A stretch of DNA of 64,000 bases from Burkholderiales bacterium (GTDB lineage: Bacteria; Pseudomonadota; Gammaproteobacteria; Burkholderiales; JAEUOS01). Made by a program: the position numbers and the translations under genes. The DNA is taken from assembly GCA_046160545.1 (NCBI GenBank), contig JBJXGS010000245.1, positions 25,280 to 89,279 on the forward strand. The letters run 5' to 3'. Shown here one piece after another: positions 49,965-58,687 of the stretch (its first letter is position 1; the number at the start of each line of letters is the position of its first letter). The notes beneath the pieces are model-generated. The model had not been told where the DNA came from. It did no database searches and saw only the letters and a program-made list of their open reading frames with translations.

Positions 49965-51452
49965 ATGCAGTTGGTCCGACTCCATAACCGGCGCAGTTCG
50001 CGCCCGCCGCTGCGTCGCGCCCGTGGCGCGACCCTGCTCCTTTTCGCGCTGCTCATCGTCATCGCCGGCGCCTGGATGGGTCTGCGGGTACTGTCGGGTA
50101 GTCCGAGGACCGGCGATGCTGCATCGCAGGCGCTGGCCGACGCGCGCGATGCGATCATCGGCGCGTCGATGCAGGGTACCGGTGCCGCCGTGGTTTTCGG
50201 CACGGTTTCAAGCCCGGGCAGGTTGCCCGCCCCGGACATCAGCCAGTGGGAGGGTGACTATGACGGTACCGTCGATCCCGCCTGCCTGACCAGCACCGGG
50301 GGGACCAGTCCCCTGGGCGGATCCACCAACAACGCAGCCAACCTGCGCTGCCTGGGTAGGCTGCCATGGCAGGACCTGGGGCTGGGCCGGTACGCGGGCG
50401 AACCGGTCAACGACCCGCGCGGCGTGATTCCCTGGTACGCGGTATCGGCAAATCTCGTGACGCGCTGCCGGGCGCTCAATCCCGGCGTGCTCGCCTCGAT
50501 CTACAGCGCGTTCGGCGGCACCAACTGCGGAAGCGTTGCGCAGCCGTATCCGTGGCTCACGGTGCGCGATGAAAAAGGCAATGTCGTGACCAGTCGCGCG
50601 GCAGCGATCTTCATCGTCCCTGGTCCGGCCCTGCCCGGCCAGACCCGCCCGACCGCCCCGCTGCAAACCGCTGCCGCCTACCTGGACACTGTGACGGTCG
50701 CGGCAAGTTGCGTCGCGCCCTGCGTGCCAGGCACCTACAACAACGCGGCGCTAAACCTGCCAAACGCAACCGGACTTTCGTTCATTCGCTGTGCGATTGG
50801 CAAGGTCGAATCGAACAATCCGAATTTTGCGCAACCCTACAATTGCAATGACCGCATCGAGTTCATCACCATCGACCAACTGATGGAAATCGCCGAACGC
50901 CGGGTCGCCGAGTATGCGGCGGGGAAGCTGCGCGCCTATTTCGCGGCAAACGCGTTCTTTCCTTTCGCCGCGCCGCACGATCCGGCCGCCGCCAGCGGTC
51001 GTGGCGAATGCCAGAGCGGGCTTATGCGCGGCCTGATCCCGGCCCTGGCCGAGACCAACCCTGGCGATGCGCAGCGCTGCACCCACGCGGCATTCGATAC
51101 GCTGCTTGATTCCTGGTTCAAGGACAACGTCGCAGTCAATGACAACGCATGGGGCGACTGGATCTATTACGCCGTCTCGCCCGGCTGCACCCAGCCTGGC
51201 CCGGCCTGTGGCGCCGGTGTCCTTGCCGTCGGCACGCAGACCGGGCTGCGCGCGCTGGTGATCGGCAGTGGAGCGCCGATCGCCGCGGCCCCATTCGCGC
51301 CTTCCAGGGGCGCGGCACAGGTGCGACCTTCGGCAAACCTGGCCGACTATCTGGACAGCGTAGTCAACGCCGACGGCAACAACGCCTTTGAAGCCAGCTC
51401 GCTGCCCACCCGCTCCGACTACAACGACAAGGTACTGGCGGTGTCGCCATGA
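49965..51452 (+). CDS. Large PilX/GspK-like minor pilin, Cys-rich
   Basis: Basic leader RRARG|ATLLLFALLIVI without Glu+5; AL.DAR.A+IG, RLP.PD, GRLPW.DLGL. Confidence 0.7.
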   Translation: MQLVRLHNRRSSRPPLRRARGATLLLFALLIVIAGAWMGLRVLSGSPRTGDAASQALADARDAIIGASMQGTGAAVVFGTVSSPGRLPAPDISQWEGDYDGTVDPACLTSTGGTSPLGGSTNNAANLRCLGRLPWQDLGLGRYAGEPVNDPRGVIPWYAVSANLVTRCRALNPGVLASIYSAFGGTNCGSVAQPYPWLTVRDEKGNVVTSRAAAIFIVPGPALPGQTRPTAPLQTAAAYLDTVTVAASCVAPCVPGTYNNAALNLPNATGLSFIRCAIGKVESNNPNFAQPYNCNDRIEFITIDQLMEIAERRVAEYAAGKLRAYFAANAFFPFAAPHDPAAASGRGECQSGLMRGLIPALAETNPGDAQRCTHAAFDTLLDSWFKDNVAVNDNAWGDWIYYAVSPGCTQPGPACGAGVLAVGTQTGLRALVIGSGAPIAAAPFAPSRGAAQVRPSANLADYLDSVVNADGNNAFEASSLPTRSDYNDKVLAVSP

Positions 51453-52315
51453 ACTCATGCCGCAATGCGTCTGGTTTCACCCTGGCCGAACTCGCCATTG
51501 TCGTGCTCATCATCGGCCTGGTCCTGGCCGGACTGTTGGGGCCGATCGGCGCGCAGTTCCAAATCGCCCAGGCGAGTTCCAACCAGGAGCGCCTGGACGC
51601 CGCGCGTGATGCGGTGATCGGCTTCGCGGTCGCAAACCGGCGCCTGCCCTGCCCGGACCGCACCGGTGACGGCGTGGAGGATCAGCGCGGTGGCGGCGAT
51701 CCGGCCACCTTCGGCTGCGCCGGCAACATCTACGAGGGTTTCCTGCCCTGGGCAACCCTGGGTCTGACACCGGGCGACTACTTTGCCACCCGGCTGCGCT
51801 ACCGGGTCAGCGCAGAGTTCACGCGCGCCAACGGCGACGCCAGCGCCGCGACCTGCGCGGTGACAGCACAAAACCCGAACGCCTGCACCTTCGAGAGTTC
51901 GGACACTGGCGACATCCCGGTCTGCCAGGCGCGCAACGGCTGTCCCGCGGGCGCAGCGGGCGCAGGCTGGCTCATGCGACCGTCTGCCGGACCGCCAGCG
52001 ACAGCCGGTGCCGCTTTCGTGATCGTCTCCCATGGCGCGAATCGCCTCGGCGGAACCGGCACTGATGGCACAGCCCTGCCAGCTCCTCCGGGCGGCACCG
52101 ACGAGGCGCTCAACGCACCGCTCATCGCCGGGATCGCGCCTGGCCCGCGCGCAACCGCCAATCCGTTCATGAGCCGGCCGATCATCACCGGCGCAGACGC
52201 GGCTGCCTGCGCCGACGCCGGCGCGACGCTGTGCAATTTCGACGATCAACTGACCTTCGTGGGCGCCGGTCTGCTGGTCGGCAGGCTCACCCAGGCTGGT
52301 GTGCGCCTGCAGTAG
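51449..52315 (+). CDS. Type IV minor pilin/pseudopilin
   Basis: G|FTLAELAIVVLIIG prepilin motif; RLPCPD, G.LPW.TLGL, +VSHG.N, FDD. Confidence 0.9.
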   Translation: MNSCRNASGFTLAELAIVVLIIGLVLAGLLGPIGAQFQIAQASSNQERLDAARDAVIGFAVANRRLPCPDRTGDGVEDQRGGGDPATFGCAGNIYEGFLPWATLGLTPGDYFATRLRYRVSAEFTRANGDASAATCAVTAQNPNACTFESSDTGDIPVCQARNGCPAGAAGAGWLMRPSAGPPATAGAAFVIVSHGANRLGGTGTDGTALPAPPGGTDEALNAPLIAGIAPGPRATANPFMSRPIITGADAAACADAGATLCNFDDQLTFVGAGLLVGRLTQAGVRLQ

Positions 52316-54026
52316 CGCCCAGCGCGCTCGGCGCGCGACTCACGAGAGCAAAACGCACGCAGCCCGGCCGGTTCTCCGCCAGTACCACTGCGAAGCCGGC
52401 AGCGCGCGCCAGCTGCGCCGACTGGTACAGGCCGATGCCCAAGCCGTTGGCCGACGCCACCGGGGCCTCGAACAACGCGCCGGCGATGCCGGCGGCCAGC
52501 GGCGAGCCGTCGTCGGTGACTGCGAATTCGACCGCGCCGGCACGGGCCACGAGGCTGGCGCGAATCACCAGGCCCGCATGCGCCGCGCGCTTTTGCAGCG
52601 CGTTCTGCAGGAAGTTGTCTGCTGCGCTATCGAATACCGACGCCGGAACGGGCAGGTCGAGCTCCAGCTGCGCCGGGGTCATCTCGACTTTTTGGCCAAC
52701 GTATTGCCGCGCCAGTGCCTCCCACCAGGCCGACAGCGCAATGAGTTGCCGGCTGTCCGTGTCGGGGGACACGAGCTTGCTCAGCGTGGCGGAAAGGCGC
52801 TGCTCGATCACCGGCAGCTGACGCTCGATCAAGGCGCGCATGGCGCGATCGTCGTGCAGAACCGCGGACGCCCCAATCAGGCCCTTGAGCGACTGCAGGA
52901 GGTTTTTCACGTCGTGGGTGACGCGCGCGCCGGTCTCGTGGACCGCGCGCAGGTATTGCTGCGCACGCAGCCTCTCTTCGCGCGCCTTGGCGCCGTAGAA
53001 CTCGACCGCCAGGCGCGCCAGCAGGCGCACATGCCAGAGGTGCGACGGCGCGAACGGCTCCATGCTCGCCACGTCAAGCCGGATGCTCGGACTGCCAGCC
53101 AGTGGTACCGGCAATTCGATCGCTTCGACATGGCGTCCGGTCAGACCCGCGCTGCCTTCGCTGCCGGCCCCGCTCCAGCACACGCCGACGACCACGCCCG
53201 ACTCGCACAACGCGGCCATGGCCGCGGCGAAAAACTTGCGTGCGTCGGCTTCGTCGCGATTGAACCCGGCCAACCGATCCAGCCAGACTTCGTGCGGCAG
53301 GCTGTAGGAAAGCAGGTACCGCGACACACCGATCGCAAGCATTCCTCCGGCACCGCCCGAGCCACGGCGCAACAGGCCGATCGCCAGCAGCAGTCCGGCA
53401 ACGGTAGCCAAGGTGATGGCCATGCTTTGCGCATAGCCGCGCTGCGTGAGCGTCATCACGGCGATGCCGAAGAACGCGACCAGGAGCAAACCGAAGAGGA
53501 TTGCGCTCGCGTACAGGACATCGAAGTCGCGCGGTGCGCCCGCGCGCAACTGACGCAGCGCGAGGACCGCGACCAGGAGCAGCAGCGCAACCAGCACCCA
53601 GATCGCCGCAGCGCGCGGCAATGCGCCTGTATCGAGCCCCGCAGGCAGCATCGAAGGCACCACCAGCATGAACATGAGCCCGGTGAGGAATACCAGCGCA
53701 GTTGCCAGCAGGCGGCGCTGCGCCGCACTACGCGCGGCGAATCCGCGCCCGGCGACCAGCGCGCCGAGAAGTGCAGTCCAGACCAGTTCAACCCAGGCGG
53801 CCGGAACCACCGCCAGCGCGACCGTGGCCGCCGCCAGGACCAGGCCGGCCCGCCACGACAAGCGACGGTCGCCAGGAACCAGCGGCTGCCACCACAGGAC
53901 CGCACCGAGGTGGGCCAGGAACAGCGGCGCCCGCCACGGCATGTCGTGCCCCGCCGCTGCGGCCAGGAGCAGGCCCAGGGCAAGCACGAGTGCCAGATTG
54001 TCGAGGCCAGCGAGCTTGGCGCGCAT
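52287..54026 (-). CDS. Multi-TM sensor histidine kinase, PrsK-like
   Basis: ~8 hydrophobic segments, H box THDVKNLLQSL, N box NFLQNA, DDG, GLGIGLY; start probably ATG 54026. Confidence 0.88.
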   Translation of the reverse strand: MRAKLAGLDNLALVLALGLLLAAAAGHDMPWRAPLFLAHLGAVLWWQPLVPGDRRLSWRAGLVLAAATVALAVVPAAWVELVWTALLGALVAGRGFAARSAAQRRLLATALVFLTGLMFMLVVPSMLPAGLDTGALPRAAAIWVLVALLLLVAVLALRQLRAGAPRDFDVLYASAILFGLLLVAFFGIAVMTLTQRGYAQSMAITLATVAGLLLAIGLLRRGSGGAGGMLAIGVSRYLLSYSLPHEVWLDRLAGFNRDEADARKFFAAAMAALCESGVVVGVCWSGAGSEGSAGLTGRHVEAIELPVPLAGSPSIRLDVASMEPFAPSHLWHVRLLARLAVEFYGAKAREERLRAQQYLRAVHETGARVTHDVKNLLQSLKGLIGASAVLHDDRAMRALIERQLPVIEQRLSATLSKLVSPDTDSRQLIALSAWWEALARQYVGQKVEMTPAQLELDLPVPASVFDSAADNFLQNALQKRAAHAGLVIRASLVARAGAVEFAVTDDGSPLAAGIAGALFEAPVASANGLGIGLYQSAQLARAAGFAVVLAENRPGCVRFALVSRAPSALGATAGAHQPG

Positions 54027-54049
54027 CTGGGCCGCATAATAAGCCCTCG

Positions 54050-54832
54050 ATGAACGCACGTCCGCATGGCCTGTCCCAGGCGCTGATACTGGCGCGCTAT
54101 ACGCTTCTGGAGGCGCTCAAGAGTCGCCTGGGCATGGTGGGGCTGGCGGTCTGCGCGGCCGCGCTGGGCGTGGCCGCCTTCATCGATGCGCTGGCCCTGA
54201 CCGACTCCGCAGGTATCCGCAACACGGTGCTGGCCGCGCTGCTGCGCGCTTCCGCTGTGTTTCTGGCCGCAACTTTCGTGATCACCGCGATGGTGCGCGA
54301 CGAGAACGATCGCGGCCTTGAACTGCTCTTGTCCCTGCCTCTTAGCCGCGCTACCTACCTCGGCGGGCGCTGGGCCGGGTTCTCATTGGCGAGCGGCCTG
54401 CTGGCGCTGGCCGACACTGCCGTCCTGCTGGTGATGGGCGCAGGTGCACCTGCCGCGGCCTGGGGGCTCGCGTTGATGCTGGAATTGTGGATCGTCGTCA
54501 GCCTAGCCCTGGCGTGCGTGCTGACATTTCGTCATGTTGTGAGCGCACTTGCGGCCGTCGCCGCGTTCTATATCCTGGCGCGCGTCATGACCTCCCTGAT
54601 CGCCATTACGTCCAGTCCGGTCGCACCGGCCGACGCATGGTCGTTTCGCATCTCAGCGGCGATGCTGCAAGTCCTGGCCGCACTCATGCCACGGTTGGAC
54701 ATGTTCGCCCCGAGCAGTTGGCTTGGCGGCCACGTGACCGCCGACCTCGTACCGCTCCTGATGCAGACCCCGGTTTACGTCGGCTTGCTGCTGCTGGTGG
54801 CCTATGTCGATCTGGCACGCCGCAATCGCTAG
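54050..54832 (+). CDS. ABC-2-type permease (PilI/XapB-like)
   Basis: ARYTLLEA..R, RD...R...LLLS.PLSR..YL.G+, ~6 TM, LMP.LD; start reassigned to ATG 54050. Confidence 0.8.
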   Translation: MNARPHGLSQALILARYTLLEALKSRLGMVGLAVCAAALGVAAFIDALALTDSAGIRNTVLAALLRASAVFLAATFVITAMVRDENDRGLELLLSLPLSRATYLGGRWAGFSLASGLLALADTAVLLVMGAGAPAAAWGLALMLELWIVVSLALACVLTFRHVVSALAAVAAFYILARVMTSLIAITSSPVAPADAWSFRISAAMLQVLAALMPRLDMFAPSSWLGGHVTADLVPLLMQTPVYVGLLLLVAYVDLARRNR

Positions 54833-54833
54833 A

Positions 54834-55571
54834 TTGCGCATCGGCCGCTCCGACGAGCGCTCCTGGCGTGCCGTCCCTGTGACCGCCTGGATCGCACTTT
54901 CGCTTTCAATCTGCCTGCAGCTCGCATTTGACGCCGCCCAGCCGCGCCCGGCGGCCACTGCTAATGCCCTGGGCCCGCCACCTTCGGCGGCTGCGATCCG
55001 GCTCGCAAGTCTGGGCGACCCACTGCCGATCGCCAAGGCGCTCAACCTCATTTTGCAGGCACACGACAACCAGCCGGGCAAGTCGATTCCGTTTGCGGAG
55101 CTCGATTACCCGATGCTCATTCGATGGCTTACGCGCATCCTCGAAATCGATCCGCGCGGGCCCTATCCGCTCTTTGCCGCAAGCCGCCTGTACGGCGAGG
55201 TGCCGGACGCCGATCGCCAGCGCCTGATGCTGGATTTCGTGTACGAGGAATTCAAGCGCAACCCCGATCTTCACTGGGCCGCGCTGGCCCATGCCGCGCA
55301 TGTGGCGCGGCATCGCCTGCGCGACCTTGAACGTACGCGCATTTACGCCAAGAGCCTGCGCGAAGAAACCTCCGCAGACCGGGTACCCGCCTGGGCACGC
55401 CAGATGGAAATCCTGCTGCTGGCCGACCTCGACGAAACCACTGCGGCACGTGTGCTCCTGGGTGCAATGATTGAAAGCGGTGGGGTACGTGACGCTACCG
55501 AACTTCGCTTTCTCATGACGCGCCTGACAGAGGCGGAGGCGCGACAAGGAAGCGCCAGCTCGCGACCCTGA
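54834..55571 (+). CDS. Membrane-anchored helical/TPR-like protein (PilG/XapA-like)
   Basis: N-terminal TM, LDY..L..WL..IL.+DP...YP, P.WA.QM; start uncertain (TTG 54834). Confidence 0.6.
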   Translation: MRIGRSDERSWRAVPVTAWIALSLSICLQLAFDAAQPRPAATANALGPPPSAAAIRLASLGDPLPIAKALNLILQAHDNQPGKSIPFAELDYPMLIRWLTRILEIDPRGPYPLFAASRLYGEVPDADRQRLMLDFVYEEFKRNPDLHWAALAHAAHVARHRLRDLERTRIYAKSLREETSADRVPAWARQMEILLLADLDETTAARVLLGAMIESGGVRDATELRFLMTRLTEAEARQGSASSRP

Positions 55572-55589
55572 CTGTCGAAATTTCGACAG
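55572..55589. promoter_or_regulatory. Perfect 18-bp palindrome, candidate enhancer (UAS) for a sigma54 activator
   Basis: CTGTCGAAATTTCGACAG (TGT-N10-ACA), ~100-120 bp upstream of the -24/-12 site. Confidence 0.7.
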
Positions 55590-55691
55590 AAATGTCATGA
55601 CGGCGTCATGATTTTCCCGTTGTGGACAGCAGCGGCCGGGTCAAGCCTTCTCCACGCCCGTGATACTTGCGCTGCGGTCAGGCCACTTGCG

Positions 55692-55707
55692 TGGCATGAG
55701 TCTTGCA
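55692..55707 (+). promoter_or_regulatory. Sigma54 (-24/-12) promoter of the pilin gene
   Basis: TGGCATGAGTCTTGCA matches TGGCAC-N5-TTGCW with exact GG-N10-GC spacing, ~80 bp before the ATG. Confidence 0.82.
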
Positions 55708-55787
55708 CATGTCTGCGTAGTTGTCCCGGTGCAGGTTTGCGTTACCCTGATGCAGCCCGGCGCCCAATCAATTTCCGGAGGGGTTTC

Positions 55788-56510
55788 ATGCGCAGGCAAC
55801 AAGGCTTCACCTTGGTCGAAATTGCAATCGTGCTGGTCATCATCGGCTTGCTGCTGGGCGGCATCCTGCGTGGCCAGGAGCTCATCCAGGGCGCTCGGGT
55901 GCGCAACATCATCGACCAGCAAAACGGCATCCGGGCGGCATTCTTCGCCTTCCAGGATCGCTATCGCTCCATTCCCGGCGACCTGGCTGCGGCGCAGGTG
56001 CAGCTGGTCGGCAACGGCGCCCTTGTGGCGACTGCGGGTCCCGGCAACGGCGCGGTCGCGGCAGCCGATTCATCCACCGCATTCCAGAACCTCACGGCGA
56101 CCGGCTTTTTGTCCTGCTCCGTGTGCAACGTCTCAGGCGCGGCATCGACGGCCTCGAATTCACCGACCAACGTCTACGGCGGTGTACTTCAGTTCGTGAC
56201 CGACGGCGCCGCGGCGCAAGGGGCTGCGATCGTGTTGGCCGGCGGCCAGACACGCCTCAACATCAAGACCGGCAATCTGGTTCCATCCAACGTGATGGGC
56301 GAAATCGACCTCAAGGCCGACGACGGCCAGCCCAACGCCGGCAATCTGCGTCTGTCGGCCTGGACTGCGGCCGGCGCGGCAGCACCGACGATCGCGGCCT
56401 GCGCGACCGGCATGGCGGCCCCGCCGACCATTTCCGCGTGGAACAACGGCCAGGCTGCCGCCCCGGGCGGTCCGATCGGTACCAACTGTGGCGGCTCCAC
56501 GTTGCTCTGA
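55788..56510 (+). CDS. Type IV pilin, probable major subunit
   Basis: GGAGGGG RBS; MRRQQG|FTLVEIAIVLVIIGLLLGGILRGQELI...FQDRY..IPGD; own sigma54 promoter; start reassigned to ATG 55788. Confidence 0.92.
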   Translation: MRRQQGFTLVEIAIVLVIIGLLLGGILRGQELIQGARVRNIIDQQNGIRAAFFAFQDRYRSIPGDLAAAQVQLVGNGALVATAGPGNGAVAAADSSTAFQNLTATGFLSCSVCNVSGAASTASNSPTNVYGGVLQFVTDGAAAQGAAIVLAGGQTRLNIKTGNLVPSNVMGEIDLKADDGQPNAGNLRLSAWTAAGAAAPTIAACATGMAAPPTISAWNNGQAAAPGGPIGTNCGGSTLL

Positions 56511-56530
56511 CGCACCCCGCCCCACTGCCG

Positions 56531-56550
56531 AGCCCGCCACCTGGCGGGCT
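56531..56550. terminator. GC-rich hairpin between the convergent pilin and antiporter genes
   Basis: AGCCCGCC-ACCT-GGCGGGCT, 8-bp stem; weak U tract. Confidence 0.5.
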
Positions 56551-58522
56551 ATTGCCCGGCCAGTAGTCGTGCCTCGGCCCGCGCCACCGGTTCCGGAGTG
56601 CCCTTCAGGACCAACACGTCGCCTGCGACCAGCCTGAGGTCGGGTTCGGGCACCGGCGCCTTCGTGCCGGGGCGCCGGACCGACACCACCTCGACACCGA
56701 GACCCTCCAGATCGAGCTCCCGCAGGGTCCGCGCAATCGCCGATGCGCCCGCCTCGAGGGTCACCGAATGCAGGCGGACATGCACTGCCTCGGCCAGGTC
56801 CTCTGTAGCGTCCGAGGACCCATGGAAGAATCCGCGCAGGGTCGCGTAGCGGGAGTCGCGTACGCTGCGCACCCGTCGCACCACTTTCGAAATCGGCACA
56901 CCCGAAAGCAGCAGCGCGTGCGAGGCCAGCATCAGGCTGGACTCGAAGGCTTCCGGTACGACCTCGGCCGCGCCGGCGGCATGCAGACGGTCCATCTGCG
57001 CATCGTCCTTGACACGCACGATGACCGGCAGCCCCGGACGTGCCTCGTGGATGTGGTGCAGGATCCTGAGTGCTGCGGAAGCATCGGCGTAAGTGATCAC
57101 GACTGCCTGCGCACGCGACAGGCCTGCCGCCATCAGGGCCTCCTTGCGGCTCGCATCCGCGTAGACCACCGAGTCGCCGGCCGCGGCCGCTTCGCGAATG
57201 CGCTCCGGGTCCAGGTCCAGGGCCATGTAGGCGACACCTTCGGCCGCGAGCACACGCGCGATGGCCTGGCCGTTGCGTCCATAGCCACATACGATGACAT
57301 GCTTGCTGGTCTTGAGCGTGCGCGAGGCGATCTGCGTCAGGGCCAGCGACTTCAACATCCACTCGTCGCGCGCGAAGCGCATCGCGATGCGGTCGCTGGC
57401 GGCGATCAGAAACGGCGTGGCGATCATCGACAGCAACATCGCCGCGAGGATCGCGTCCATCAAGACGCTGTCGACCAGTTTCAAGCCGCCCGCCTGTGCC
57501 AGCAGCACGAATCCGAATTCGCCGGCCTGCGCCAACGCGATGCCGGTGCGTATTGCCGTGCCCTGGGGACGCTTGAAGGCACGCGCCAGGCCAGCCACGA
57601 CCGCGAACTTGACCAGCACCGGGATCACGGTGAGGAACAACACCACAAAGGGCTGAGCCACGACCGAGCGCACGTCGAGCAGCATGCCGATGGTAACGAA
57701 GAAAAGGCCCAGCAGGACATCACGAAACGGCTTGATGTCTTCCTCGACCTGGTGCCGGTATTCAGTCTCCGAAATCAGCATTCCGGCGACGAATGCGCCC
57801 AGCGCGAGGGACAGACCGGCGTGCTCGGTGATGTACGCCAGACCCAGGGTCATGAGCAAAAGGTTCAGGACGAAGAGTTCGGTGGAGCGCCGTCGTGCCA
57901 CGACCGTCAGCCACATGCGGACCAGCTTGCGGCCGGCAAACAGCAGAAGGCCCAACACCACGGTTGCCTTGAGGAAAGCAAGGCCCAACGCCGGGCCGAG
58001 ATTCTCCGGTTCGCGCGCCAGGGTCGGGACCAGGATCAGGAACGGAACGACTGCCAAGTCCTGGAACAAAAGCACGCCAATCACGTCGCGGCCGTGCGGG
58101 GTTTCGAGTTCTCCACGCTCGGCAAAGAGTTTGACCAGGATCGCGGTCGACGACATCGCAAGGGCCCCGCCCAGCGCGACGCCGGCCTGCCAGCCCAGCC
58201 CGAGCACGATGCCGGCGACGATGCCAAAGAGCGTGGTCACGGCCACTTGCGCCAAGCCCAGTCCGAAGACCACCCCGCGCATGGCCATGAGTTTGGCCAG
58301 GTTGAATTCCAGCCCGATGGAAAACATCAGGAAGACCACGCCGAATTCGGCCAGGTAGCGCGTCTCCGGCGTATTGGGAACGAAACCCAGCGCATGCGGG
58401 CCGATCACGATCCCGGCGATCAAATACCCGAGCAACGGCGGCAGGTGCAGCTTGCGCGCGAGCGCCACCACGCCGACCGCAGCGCCAAGAAAAATCAGAA
58501 CGATTTCAAGGGTATTGAGCAT
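56549..58522 (-). CDS. CPA2-family cation/proton antiporter (KefB/C-like) with TrkA-N/C domains
   Basis: AEFGVVFLMF.IGLE, SSTAI, LLFQDL, GAF+AG, GEF.FV, GYGRNG; start reassigned to ATG 58522. Confidence 0.93.
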   Translation of the reverse strand: MLNTLEIVLIFLGAAVGVVALARKLHLPPLLGYLIAGIVIGPHALGFVPNTPETRYLAEFGVVFLMFSIGLEFNLAKLMAMRGVVFGLGLAQVAVTTLFGIVAGIVLGLGWQAGVALGGALAMSSTAILVKLFAERGELETPHGRDVIGVLLFQDLAVVPFLILVPTLAREPENLGPALGLAFLKATVVLGLLLFAGRKLVRMWLTVVARRRSTELFVLNLLLMTLGLAYITEHAGLSLALGAFVAGMLISETEYRHQVEEDIKPFRDVLLGLFFVTIGMLLDVRSVVAQPFVVLFLTVIPVLVKFAVVAGLARAFKRPQGTAIRTGIALAQAGEFGFVLLAQAGGLKLVDSVLMDAILAAMLLSMIATPFLIAASDRIAMRFARDEWMLKSLALTQIASRTLKTSKHVIVCGYGRNGQAIARVLAAEGVAYMALDLDPERIREAAAAGDSVVYADASRKEALMAAGLSRAQAVVITYADASAALRILHHIHEARPGLPVIVRVKDDAQMDRLHAAGAAEVVPEAFESSLMLASHALLLSGVPISKVVRRVRSVRDSRYATLRGFFHGSSDATEDLAEAVHVRLHSVTLEAGASAIARTLRELDLEGLGVEVVSVRRPGTKAPVPEPDLRLVAGDVLVLKGTPEPVARAEARLLAGQ

Positions 58523-58687
58523 TCCGCCTGACTTGCCACCTCGTTCAGGCGGTTCGTTATCGGCGCCGCGGCGCAATCGATTTGTTGCACTGCGGCATCC
58601 GATTCGACGCCGCCCTCTGCAAAGATGATGCCAATTCCGGTTTATGTCCGAAATCGCTTTGCTATACTGGCCCGAATGATAGCCCCC

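Noticed and set aside
52299-58531. Long antisense ORFs 52299-54053 (+) and 56768-58531 (+)
   Set aside because: Mirror frames of the kinase and antiporter in high-GC DNA; no motifs.
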